A DNA stretch of 64,000 nt from Cyanophora paradoxa CCMP329. Taxonomy: Eukaryota; Plantae; Glaucophyta. This document shows, piece by piece, positions 12,401 to 22,463 of this stretch. The stretch lies in contig QPMI01000123.1 of the NCBI GenBank assembly GCA_004431415.1, positions 124,001 to 188,000 of the forward strand, written 5' to 3'. A program made the translations under genes and the position numbers. Every line of letters starts with the position of its first letter. Position 1 is the first letter of the stretch. The notes beneath the pieces were generated by a model, which was not told the origin of the DNA, ran no database searches, and saw only the letters and a program-made list of their open reading frames with translations.

Positions 12401-13871
12401 CCCAACGCCGGCGGCGGTGCGGCCAGCCGACGCCTCGCCCCTCCCCGCCTCACGGGCCCGCCAGGCACCGTCTTCTCCTTCACGGTGGCCCTCCGCCGCG
12501 CCTCCCCCGCCGACGAGTGCGCTCCCCGCCCCGAAGCAGCGCGCCGGGCCGCCGGCGCCTGAGCCCGCCCCCGCACGCGCAGGGCCCCGGAGGGCGGGCC
12601 GGCGTCCCCGCTGCGGGGCCTGCGCGTCGCCGTCGCCTCGCCGTACCCCGAGGAGCGCTGCTTCTTCGAGGTGCCGCCGCGCCCCTCCCCGCGGGCCCAC
12701 GAGCCGGGCCCGAGCGGCGCCTCGGGCCAGGTGGAGCTCGGGCGCGAGGGCGCGGTCTGCGCGGCGGCGCCCACGCTGCTGCTCGCCCTCGCCGCCGGCG
12801 GCCGCCCCGACCTCCTCCTCCTCGACGCGGTGCCCCTGCCCCCGCCCCAGCGTGCGCCCTGTACCCCCTCGAGCCCCGCGGGGGCGCAGGGCCAGGCGGG
12901 GGACCTGGCGGCGCTCCCGGCGGCCCCGCCGGCCGTCCTCCTCGGCTCCAGCGGGCCCCGCTCCGCCGCCCCGGCCCCGGGCCCCCTGGGCCGGCCCGTG
13001 GCGCCCCGCCCGCTCCGCCGCGCCGCCCTCTTCCGCCTCCTCCGCCGCGCCCTCGCCGCCGCAGGCCCCGGCCCCGGCCCCGGGTTGCGCCGGCCCTCGC
13101 TGCCCCTGCCGGGCACGACGGGAGCCCGCTGCCGGCCGCCCTCGAGCTCTCGGCGACGCCGCCCCGCGCCGCCGCCGCCCTCCCGCCGCTGGACCCCCTG
13201 CGGGGCCGGCCCCCTCCCCCTCCCTCCGCATCCTCGTCGCCGAGGCGCCCCCACGCCCCTCCCCCTCCCCGCGCACCCGGGGAGCTGAGCGGGCGTACCC
13301 CCGCAGGACAACGCGGTGAACATGAAGCTGGTGGTGCGGCTGCTGGGGCGCTGGGCCTGCCCCCGCCCGCCACCGCCGGCAACGGCCTCGAGGCCCTCGC
13401 CGCCTGCCGCGCCCGCCCCTTCGACGCCGTTGTCCGCCCCCGGAGCCCCCGCCCCGCCGCCCCGCCTTCGCTGACGCCCCTCCCCCGCCCGCGCGCAGCT
13501 CATGGACGTCTCGATGCGCGCCCCGGGCCCCGCCCCCGCCCTCGCGCTCCCGCCGGGGGCCCCCGCTGAGCCTCGCCGCGCAGGCCGGTGCTGGACGGGA
13601 TCGCGGCGACGCGGCGGATCCGCCTCGAGGCGCCCCACCAGCCCCGCATCCTCGCCCTCACGCGCGCCCCGCCCCGCCCCGCCCCCGCGCCCTGCCCCGG
13701 CGCCCCGCCTGAACCGGCCGGCGCAGGGCGAACGGGAGCGAGGAGGACCGGCGGGGGTGCCTGGGGGCGGGGATGGACGACTTCCTGCGCAAGCCCATCC
13801 GCCTCGCCGACCTCCGCTCCGCCCTCGCCGCCCTCCCCGCCCCCCCACGCCCCGGCCCCGGCCCCCTCTAG
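9425..13871 (+). CDS. ETR1-like hybrid histidine kinase: ethylene-binding domain, GAF, HisKA, HATPase, pseudo-receiver, receiver
   Basis: TM1 SDGVIAFSYFLIP; TM2 FVAFILCCGA|THAS; TM3 LKTGTAVVSALTAALL..VPLLL; GAF start ITNAVRGTLEAEGVFATAAREIG; H-box KSQFIACMTHELRTPLN; N-box QVLLNLLSNGVKFT; DTGIGI; GGTGLGLAISKKIVEGMGG; receiver ILVAE|DNAVN..LMDVSMPVLDG..ALT|AN..GMDDFLRKP. About 21 introns. Confidence 0.92.
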
Positions 13872-14470
13872 ACCTCACCCCCGCCCCCCGGGCCCCGCAT
13901 GTACCCCAGTGTACACTCCTGCACAGCTGCTCTAGATCTTCAGTCAGTCGCTGAGTTATTCAGGCTACTAGGCTACGTATACCATTGTACGTTTGCTTCC
14001 GTTACTAAGTTGGGCTTAACTAGACTCAGATACATGTACAAAGATTGCTACGTGTAATATACTTACTGAGATACAATATGAGAGCCTCGAATATCAGCCT
14101 GACGTCGACTTATATATATTTGCTGAGCCACAGTCACTAGTGCTGGCCCACTGGGCCGGGCCAGTCATGTACCGTAGTAGTACGTAAACACGATTCTAAT
14201 TCAACGACTCCATCGAGCGCCACAATCTGTCATGCATCAAGCGCCACATTCCAATTCAAAAACTATTATGCATCGAGCGCCACAATCTGTCATGTAGTGC
14301 GGGGCGGAAAAACTACATAAATACGTAAACTATGTACATCTAGAAGCGGAAATACTCAATAAATACGTTAACTATGTTCGCCTAAAGGCAGCCTCGCGGG
14401 GGAGCGCAAGAGCCGGTGCGCCGTGGCAGCGCACGGGCTGGCCTCGTGGGGCCAGAAGCGCGGGGCGGGG

Positions 14471-17061
14471 TCAGCAGAGGGGCAGGTGGAGGGCGTCGTG
14501 GGCGAGGCCGATGACCGCGCCCTCCGCGTGGGGCCCCGCGAAGCCCTCCCCGTCCCCGTCCTGCCCGCACCCCCGCCCCCGCCGGTCAGCCCCCGCAGCA
14601 GGGGCGCGCGCGGGGCGGCGCACGGCGAAGTCTCCGCCGTCGCCGGCCTCGAACGCCGCCCCGCCCTGCGCGGCCGCCTCAGCGGGGCCGGGGCGGGGCG
14701 GGGCGGCGGGCGCGGGGCGCACCGCCTCCTCGGCGCCGGGGGCGCGGTAGGGACGGCCCCCTCCTCCTCCAGGCCCGCCGCCTGCGCCTCCGCGTCCACC
14801 CGCGCCTCCCGGGCGCCGCCTCGGCCGGCGGGGCCTCCTCGGCGGGCGGGGCCTCCTGCGGCTGCTCTTCGGCGGGCGGGGCCTCCTGCTGCGGCTCCTC
14901 GGCCGGCGGGGCCTCTTCAGCCGGGGGCTCCTGGGCGGGCGGGGCCTCCTGCGGCTGCTCTTCGGCGGGCGGGGCCTCCTGCTGCGGCTCCTCGGCCGGC
15001 GGGGCCTCTTCCGCCGGGGGCTCCTGGGCGGGCGGGGCCTCCTGCGGCTGCTCTTCGGCGGGCGGGGCCTCCTGCTGCGGCTCTTCGGCCGGAGGGGCTT
15101 CCTCAGCCGGCGGCTCCTGGGCGGGCGGGGCCTCCTCAGAAGGCGGTGCCTCCTGTGGCTGCTCTTCGGCGGGCGGGGCCTCCTGCTGCGGCTCCTCGGC
15201 CGGCGGCGCCCCCTGCGGCTCCTCCTGTGCGGGCGCCTCCTCCGGCGGCGGCGGCGGCTGCGCGCTGCCGTCGTCCGCCTGGCCGCCCGTCAGGCCGGCA
15301 GCGTGCCGCGAGGGGCGGCGGGGCGGGGGCGGGGCGCACGGCCTGGCCCTGGTCCTGGTCGGGCTCCGGCTGCACCGCCTTCGCGACGGCCGCCGCCTGC
15401 GGGCGCGGGACCGCCGGGTCGGAGGGGGCGCCCCGCCGGGCCCGGCCGCTGCGGGACCGCACCTTCTTGACCCAGCGGCCGCCCTTCTGCGCCCACTTGG
15501 CGCCCTTGTACTTGCCGGCGAGCTTGCCGAGGCCCTTCTTGCCCTGCGGGGCGGGCGCCGGGGGGTCGGCGGGGTCGTGCGGGGCGGGCGGGGCGGGGCG
15601 GGCGGGCCAGCTTCATGGCGCGGGCCTTGGCGCGCGACGCGAGGAACTTCTTCAGGCCCTGCGCTCCCTCAGCGCCCCGCCCCGGCCCCGGCCCCGCCCC
15701 CGCGCCCCCGCACCGCCTTCCCCTTGAGGCCCTGCGCTCCGGGGCCCCGTCAGCGGCGTGCGGGGGCGGGCGGGGCCGCCCTCCGTGCCCCCACCCCCCG
15801 CACCTTGGCCTTGAGCAGCTTCGCCTTGCGCAGGCCCTTGAGCAGGCCCTGCGCCCCCGGCCCCGCCCTGTCAGCCCCGAGGCGCCCCGGCGCGCGCGGC
15901 GGTGGGGGCGGGGGGGGGCGCGGGCCTTCCTGCCGCCCCCGGACCCGTCGTCGTCCTGGTCGCTCAGCTGGTCGTGCAGCTTCTCCGCGTGCTTCCCCGC
16001 CTTCCCGAGGCGTCAGCGGCCGCCCCCGCAGCGGCCCCGGTGAGGGGTAGCACCTTCTTCCCCAGCTTGCCGCCCTTCTTGAGCTTGCCCAGCTTGCCCT
16101 TCTTGCCTAGCTTGCCCTTCTTGCCCAGCTTGCCCTTCTTCCCCTTCTTGCCGCTTTTCTTGCCCTTCTTGCCCTTCTTGCCCTTCCGCATCGCCCGCTT
16201 GCCGTGCTGCGCGCGGGCCACGCGGCGCCTCAGCGACGGGCGCCGGCGCGGGAACGCGGCACGCCCGTCAAGAGGAAGGAGACCTTGCCGAGCTTGGCGC
16301 CCTTCTTGCCCAGCTTCGCAAGCATCTGCGGCCCGCAGCCCGGGGGCCCCGCGTCAGCGCCCCCCGGTGCGCCCGGCCGCTCGGCAGCGGCCCCTCGAGT
16401 TGGCAGCTCGCACGCGCCTTGCCCTTCTTGCCGAGCTGATGAAACGGTTAGCAATGAAAGCGACGGTGCAAGAAGATGCGGGGACGAACCTTGGCGAGCT
16501 TGGCTGCTTTGGCCCCCAGCTTCGCTACCTGCAAATGCGACGCGGAACGCAGAGAGGCGTCGGCCGGGGACCCCGCCGGGCCGCGACTCGGAGGCCGGCC
16601 CCGTCCCCGCTGCAGCGCGGCCCCGCAAAAAAACTGCACCTTGGCGATTTTCGCTGCCTTGGCCCCAATCTTCGCAGCCTGAGAGGTTCCAATCTGTTAG
16701 AGGCGGCCGCGCTGCAGCACGGATCTAATGGGCGGCGTTCGCGCCCCGGACGGGCAGCGCGGATCTAAGCGCCAGCTCGCCACGTGGCGGGCGCAAAAAC
16801 GGCGCTCCACTCTGAAGAGCTGAGGTAGTCTACTAAAGAGGTTTCGTTCGACAGTGACCGCGGACGGCGGCGGCACGGCGGGATCCGGAGATCTAGATCC
16901 GGATGGCACCAGTCGGGCGGGAGTCGGTGCTAGGTCCGGTCAGGGAGCTTGTAGGCGAGCCGCTGCACCCCCTCTGGCGTTTATGTTCTTTATGTTCCGC
17001 ATGCCCATCGCGCACGCACCATGACGGCGCCCTTGATGAGGAATGGGAGAAAGAACGGCAT
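14471..17061 (-). CDS. Orphan protein: tandem Lys/Gly/Ala/Leu-rich cationic modules, then an acidic Glu/Pro/Gln repeat tail
   Basis: ATG at 17061 (MPFFLPFLIKGAVM). Phase-0 exons at 17020-17061, 16640-16678, 16490-16528, 16418-16435, 16284-16325, 16054-16206, 15926-16000, 15804-15848, 15714-15731, 15608-15658, 15463-15543 and 15340-15396, then an EEAPPA-repeat exon from 15278. Ends HLPLC-TGA. Frame is ambiguous near 14720-14820. Confidence 0.75.
14820..15250 (-). repeat. Coding tandem repeat (EEAPPA / EEPQQEAPPA / EEQPQEAPPA units)
   Basis: Repeated + strand words ggcggggcctcctgc(t)gcggct and ctcttcggcgggcgggg; unit lengths are multiples of 3. Confidence 0.9.
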
Positions 17062-17494
17062 CTTGGAGTCCTCTGTTTAGCGAAGCTGCGGCGTTAACAC
17101 CGAGGTCCTCGAGAACCCTCCGAATCTGCGCCGAGGCATGAGCGGCGGGGCGAGAGCGGCGGCCCCGGGCGTGCCGGGGAGGTGTACGACGGCAAGCTCA
17201 CCAGCGCCGAAGCCGCAGTCCGCGGGCCCAGACGCGGCGAACACGTTCGGAAACACGAACTATATCAGGCGTAGCGAACGAGAGCGCTGCGCTGGGCCCG
17301 TCCTCTCGCAGACTCGCTTGACGGGTACCACCTCGTCTCCGGCGCGGGGTACAGGACAAGATAGTAACCGCCCGCGAAAAGAGCGAAAAGAGCGCGGCAG
17401 GGGCGCCGTAGCCTTTTCCACGACCTAAGGCGATCGGGCTGCTCGCGGCTGCTGTGACCGGGCCTTCCCCACTTTGGATCCGATCGGCGGCGCG

Positions 17495-18923
17495 ATGTCG
17501 GACACGCCGGTCGCGGGCTTGAGGGACCCGCTGGAGTGCCTGCCGATCGACCTCTTTCTTCTGGTCGTATCGAGCCTGTCGGCCGAGGACCTCCGGCGCG
17601 CGGCTGCGGTCTGCTCGGCGTGGCGCGAGATCTGCGGTGCGCCGCGCGTGGGCAACCCTCGGGATAGAGATATTCAGTCGTTGGCTTTCACGCGGCGGCC
17701 GTACACGCGCCCGCCGCGCCTCGAGCCCCGAGCCGGCGCGCGCGCCTCGAGCTCACTGGGAGCGGCGCGCGCAGACTCGGAGGCCGTGTGGCGGCCGCTG
17801 TGCATGCTGAGCTGGGCGGGCAAGCTGCCGCTCAAAGCGAACTGCGATGCGCCGCCTTACGCGCCCGACGAGGTGCCTCCGCCCCCCGCGCCGTCGGCCG
17901 CCGCCGCAGCCGCTGCAGATCCAGCCCCAGGGCCCCGCTTCCGGGAGCACCCCGATTGCCGCAGCCCCATGACTCGAGAAGCATAGGCTGGGGCTTGACA
18001 GGAACCAGAGTGCGCGCGGCGCGGGTCGCCGGCCTCTGACCGGGGCGCTGGCAGGCCGGCGGGGCGTGGCGGGGGCGGGGGTGGAAGGAGCGGCACGGGC
18101 GGGTGGAGCGGGAGCTGCGGCGCACGGCAATCACCGCCGAGGACCTCACCGGCACCTCCTGGCGCTTCCGCGTCCGCCCGCCCGCCGGCCCCCCGCCGCG
18201 TCGGGGCCGGCGGGCTGAGGGCGGGGGCGGCGCGGGGGCAGCTGCGGGCGAGCCCCAACGCCTCGCCGGACCGCGTCGTGCGGACCTTCACCGCCGACGG
18301 CAACTGCGCGCCCCGCCCGCCCCGCCCCGCCCCGGCTGCCAGGCGCACCCTGACCGGACCCTACTCGCCCCCCCCCCCCCCCCCCCGTTCCCTGCAGACG
18401 TCTGCCCGTGGTTCATAATGAGTGCGCGCCCACTGGGCGGCCGCCGGGGGGCCGGCGCCGCCTCACTGCGAGGGGGCGCAGAGTGGTCGATCCTGGAGGG
18501 GGCGGGGAGCCCGCGGGGCGAGAGGGACCTCCTGGAGGGCTCCCCGGGCCGGATGCGCCGCGCCGCCCCCGGGCCCCGCGTGCAGGTCGGCGACTTCCCG
18601 CCCTTCCTCGCCCGCCGCTCCGAGGGTACGCGCCCCGGGCCCCCGGGCCCCCGGTCCCCGCGGGGCGCCTCGGAGCGGGGCCGGGGCCGAGGGGCGGGGC
18701 GCGGGGCGCAGACCACGGGTGGGTGCTGACGAACAACTACGTCGAGCTCCGCTCCACCGGCTTCGGCCCCCCCGCCCCGACCCCGCCCACCCCCAGCCCC
18801 CCGCCCCGCCCCGCCCCTAGCCGGCCCCGCGGCCCGCGCGCCCGCGCCGAAGCCAGCAGCCGCAGCCGCGCGCGCCGGCTGCAGCTGCCGGGCCCGAGGC
18901 CTGTATACCATACCAGCGTTTAG
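17495..18923 (+). CDS. F-box protein
   Basis: DPLECLPIDLFLLVVSSLSAEDLRRAAAVCSAWREIC|DSEAVWRPLC (F-box), followed by ITAEDLTGTSWRFR..VQVGDFPP..HGWVLTNNYV. Confidence 0.8.
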
Positions 18924-20123
18924 CGCGGACGTCGACGGCGCGCGCCGTTCGCTGGCGTTCAGCGCTCTTGTACATCAGCTCCGCAGTTACATTTCGTGCC
19001 CGCGCAGTCTCTATTCTTTTCCCAGCAGTGTACTCGTAGATCTGGTTCTAGAGGGGGGTGCCCCGGCCTGGATCGGACTCCGGATCAGGCATGTAATTCG
19101 CTTCGAGGTTCCTGAAAGCCCTCGCAATCGGCCTTTCGCTTTGGACTATTGTAATTACGTATACTATTACTCGAGTCATGGCTTGAGTAGGGACTTTAAT
19201 AGAAATAACAGGTAGGGTGGGGTAGTTTTCGAGTATACTATGATACGTTGCAGTATTCAACGTCTGATCATGACCTAGGACTGCATGCGCAGCTGCGAGC
19301 CGCAGCGCCGCGGCACATGCATGCCGCAGTTTCAAGTTTCACTCTCAGAGCGCTAGCTATAGCTAGTTTTGTGGAATTCGAAGCTAAGTGCAGGATTAAA
19401 TACATCCGTAAAACATTGCCAGGCTGCAGGCCTAGGTCCGCGCACTCGTGCAGCGTGCGCAGGTCTTAGCTATATATCTAGATCTAGATCTAGATCTACA
19501 TACATGTACAGGGGCACACGGCAGCACGCGTCGGCCTAGCCTAGTAGGTCGCGATCGCCGAGCCTCAGAGTCGACGCGCGCGTACGTCCTGTGCACTGCA
19601 GCTGCAGCTGCGGAATGCGCAGCTGCAGGCTAGGCGCCGGCCGGCACCGCGGCGCGCGGCGCCGCGGCGGCGCGCAATTTTAAAGCTGTGGCCCAGCTGC
19701 CCGGCTACGTATACAGGGTAGCCTAGTAGCAGCCTGAGTCAGGGCCTAATATATAGGCTAGGCCTTGGCAGCTGCGCGTGCAGGGTCTTCGAATTCGATC
19801 AAATTCGAATGCAGGGTCTTCGAATTCGATCAAATTCGGGCCGCGCCGGTACCCCGGTTGGGCGTGAAAAAAGTCGCTTGAAATTTCGTGATCCATTCGC
19901 CGCGTCACCGAGCCGACGTCACGCACACGACAACCTCACGACAATTTCGTCGACAAACATCCGATGATCGCGGCAGATCGCCATCGAACTCCGACGCTTT
20001 CAAGCACGGTCAAGGGGGGCGGGCGATCGGCGCAGCAGCAGCTTCATCAAGGCTTGCAGGCTAGCTATAGTAGCAGCAGCGCCTGAGAACTGCGCGCGCG
20101 GCAGCAGCACGATCGGCGATCGC

Positions 20124-20642
20124 TCAGCTCTTTTCAGCAGTTTCCACGTCGTCCACGAGCGCAACGGTGGCAGCACCTTCTTCCAACTTGGCAAGGAGCG
20201 AGCTACCAATTGCAAGCTTTAAACTGCAACAGCGCGGAATCGGGATTCCCTGGGGCCTATACGCGCGCGCGCGCGCCGCACGCGTGACGCGTACTGCGGT
20301 ACGGTGAGAGGCCGCGAGGAGTGGCGGCGAGGAGGGCGGGATGCTCGTCCTGTGCGTGCTCTTCGCCGGCCTGCTGGCCGCCGAGCTCATGGGCGACCGC
20401 GACGAGCGCCCCCGCCCGCGGCCGCCCAAGCCGCGCCCGGCCGGCCATGGCCACCCGCGCCGCCTCTCCGCCTTCGTCTCCTCGTCGCTCGGGAGCCCGA
20501 CCGCCTGCACCGCCAGCGGCCCCGACGCGGAGCTCGGCGCCGGCCGCGCCGGCGCCGCCACGTGCGCGTGCGGCGGGACCGTTATTGCGGCGGCGTGCAC
20601 GTGCTCGAAGAATAATCTGAGCCTGAACCTGGAGCCGTGCAT
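20124..20642 (-). CDS. Hypothetical small protein (strand and structure uncertain)
   Basis: Open frame MHGSRFRLRLFFEHV..LAKLEEGAATVALVDDVETAEKS-stop, divergent from the IPC synthase gene. No recognisable domain, and the opposite strand is also open. Confidence 0.25.
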   Translation of the reverse strand: MHGSRFRLRLFFEHVHAAAITVPPHAHVAAPARPAPSSASGPLAVQAVGLPSDEETKAERRRGWPWPAGRGLGGRGRGRSSRSPMSSAASRPAKSTHRTSIPPSSPPLLAASHRTAVRVTRAARARAYRPQGIPIPRCCSLKLAIGSSLLAKLEEGAATVALVDDVETAEKS

Positions 20643-20798
20643 GGAGCGCGACCCGCCGGCGTCGGGCGCTTCTCGCCGGCCGGGCGCCCATTTCGTACGC
20701 GTGCGCGCGAGCGCCGCTCGCCTTGCCGCCTTCGTTCGCGGTAAGCTCGTTTGGAATTCTTCGGATGAATTCCGAGAGAACCGGAGGATCAAAATGAG

Positions 20799-22463
20799 AT
20801 GGCTGATCGTGGGCGGGGGCGTGCAGGCCTGTGGCGTGACCCGATCGAAGAGTACCGCCGCCTGGAGGCGCCCGTGAGGCCACCCCCGGCACCCGCGCCG
20901 GCGGCCGCGCGCTGGTGGCGAGGCGGCCGGTGGCGCGGCGCCTGGTCTCTCGCCCGCGTCGCGTCCGCCCTCCCCTTCACCCATGCCTGCCCCACCCCCC
21001 GCGCTGAGAGCGCCCCCGGGCGCCGGGCGGCCGGCAGGGCGTACATCCTGAGCGTCTTCCTGACCCCCGTCCTCGGCCTCCCCGAGCTCTTCCGCCTGGT
21101 CCGCCCCCGCCGCCCTCCACTGGATCTGCCGGCCGAGGGGGCGGGGCGGGGCCAGCTGCTGGTGGCGGGGGCGCTGGTGGAGTGCCTGCGGGACCGGCGC
21201 TCGCGCAACGCGCTGCGCTACCTCTCCCCCGTCCTCGTCTATCTCGCGCTCTTCTCGGAGCAGCGCGCCGTGCCCGCCGCCCTGCGCCCGCCCATCGTCG
21301 CCGGCCTCCTCCCCGCCTGGGACCGCGCCCTCCTCGTCCGCCCCGCCCCGCCCCGCCCCGCCCCGGGCCCCTCCTCCCGCCCGACGCGGGCCGGGGGTAG
21401 GGGGCGCGCGCGGATGAGATCTTTGCGCAGAACCCGTCGGCCCCCCTCGACCTCCTCGCCGGTCCGCCCCGGCCGCGGGCCCGGGCCCCTCCCGCGCGGC
21501 CCCGCAGGCGCCCGCCCCGGGCCCCGCCCGCCCTCACCCCCTCGCGCCCCCCCAGGGCTCTGCTACGGGGTGATGCACTACCTCTCCCCCTTCTTCTTCT
21601 TCGTCTTCCTCTGGTCCCGCAGCACCCCGGCCCTCAAGGCCCGCACACCCGCCCCCGGCCCGCGCCATCGCGCCGCCCCTCACGCGGGGGCGGGGCAGGT
21701 GGCGGCGCGGGCGTTCGGGCGGATGAACACGCTGGCGGTGCTCGTGCAGTTCCTCTTCCCCACGTGCCCCCCCTGGTACGACGCCGTCTACGGCCCCGCG
21801 CCCCCGGACTACTCCATGCTCGGGTGCGCCCGCCCCTCTTCCGAGATCCCGCACTCGAGGCTGCAGTGCGCATGCAGCTCTCCCTCGAGTCTGAGGCGGG
21901 GCCGGGGCAGGAACGCGGCGGGGCTGCTGCGGGTGGACCGCCTGCTGGGCGCCTCCTTCTTCGGCCCCGCCTTCGAGCGCAGCCCGCTCGTCTTCGGCTC
22001 CTTCCCCTCCCTCCACGCCTGCTGGCCCCTCTTCTTCGCCCTCTTCGGCGCCCGCCTCGACCGCCTCCTCCTCCTCGTCTTCCTCCCCCACGCCCTCTGG
22101 GTCGCCTGGGCGGTGCTCTACCTGCGGCACCACTTCCTCGTCGACGTCCTCGCCGGCCACGCCCTCGCCCTCGCCACCTCCCTCGCCGCCCGCGACTCCT
22201 ACGCCCGCGCCCTCCGCGCCCCCTGCCCCTGCGAGCTCGAGCTCCGCGCGGGACCGGCGGCGGCGGCGGGCAGCGCGAGCGCGAGCTCGGGGGCTGCGAC
22301 GTCGACGGGCAGCTGCGACGAGCCCGAGCGCGAGCCCGAGGCCGCCGGCGAGGCGGGGGGCGCCCGCGGCTGCGGCTGCGATGGCGAGGGCCTCGGGCTC
22401 GAGGTCGTCGTCGAGGCGGCAGCAGCGCCGGCCCCGCCCCTCACCGCCCCGAAGTGTCGCTAG
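20799..22463 (+). CDS. AUR1: Inositol phosphorylceramide synthase, Aur1-like (PAP2 superfamily)
   Basis: QFLFPTCPPWY, G|NAAGLLRVDRLLG, SPLVFGSFPSLH and LYLRHHFLVDVLAG match the four conserved Aur1 blocks, including the His/His/Asp triad. Confidence 0.85.
   Translation: MADRGRGRAGLWRDPIEEYRRLEAPVRPPPAPAPAAARWWRGGRWRGAWSLARVASALPFTHACPTPRAESAPGRRAAGRAYILSVFLTPVLGLPELFRLVRPRRPPLDLPAEGAGRGQLLVAGALVECLRDRRSRNALRYLSPVLVYLALFSEQRAVPAALRPPIVAGLLPAWDRALLVRPAPPRPAPGPSSRPTRAGGRGRARMRSLRRTRRPPSTSSPVRPGRGPGPLPRGPAGARPGPRPPSPPRAPPGLCYGVMHYLSPFFFFVFLWSRSTPALKARTPAPGPRHRAAPHAGAGQVAARAFGRMNTLAVLVQFLFPTCPPWYDAVYGPAPPDYSMLGCARPSSEIPHSRLQCACSSPSSLRRGRGRNAAGLLRVDRLLGASFFGPAFERSPLVFGSFPSLHACWPLFFALFGARLDRLLLLVFLPHALWVAWAVLYLRHHFLVDVLAGHALALATSLAARDSYARALRAPCPCELELRAGPAAAAGSASASSGAATSTGSCDEPEREPEAAGEAGGARGCGCDGEGLGLEVVVEAAAAPAPPLTAPKCR

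Noticed and set aside
14211-14294. 24-bp direct repeat catcgagcgccacaatctgtcatg twice (also a 28-bp duplication at 19780-19840)
   Set aside because: Only two copies, with no TIR or TSD found; treated as local duplications.
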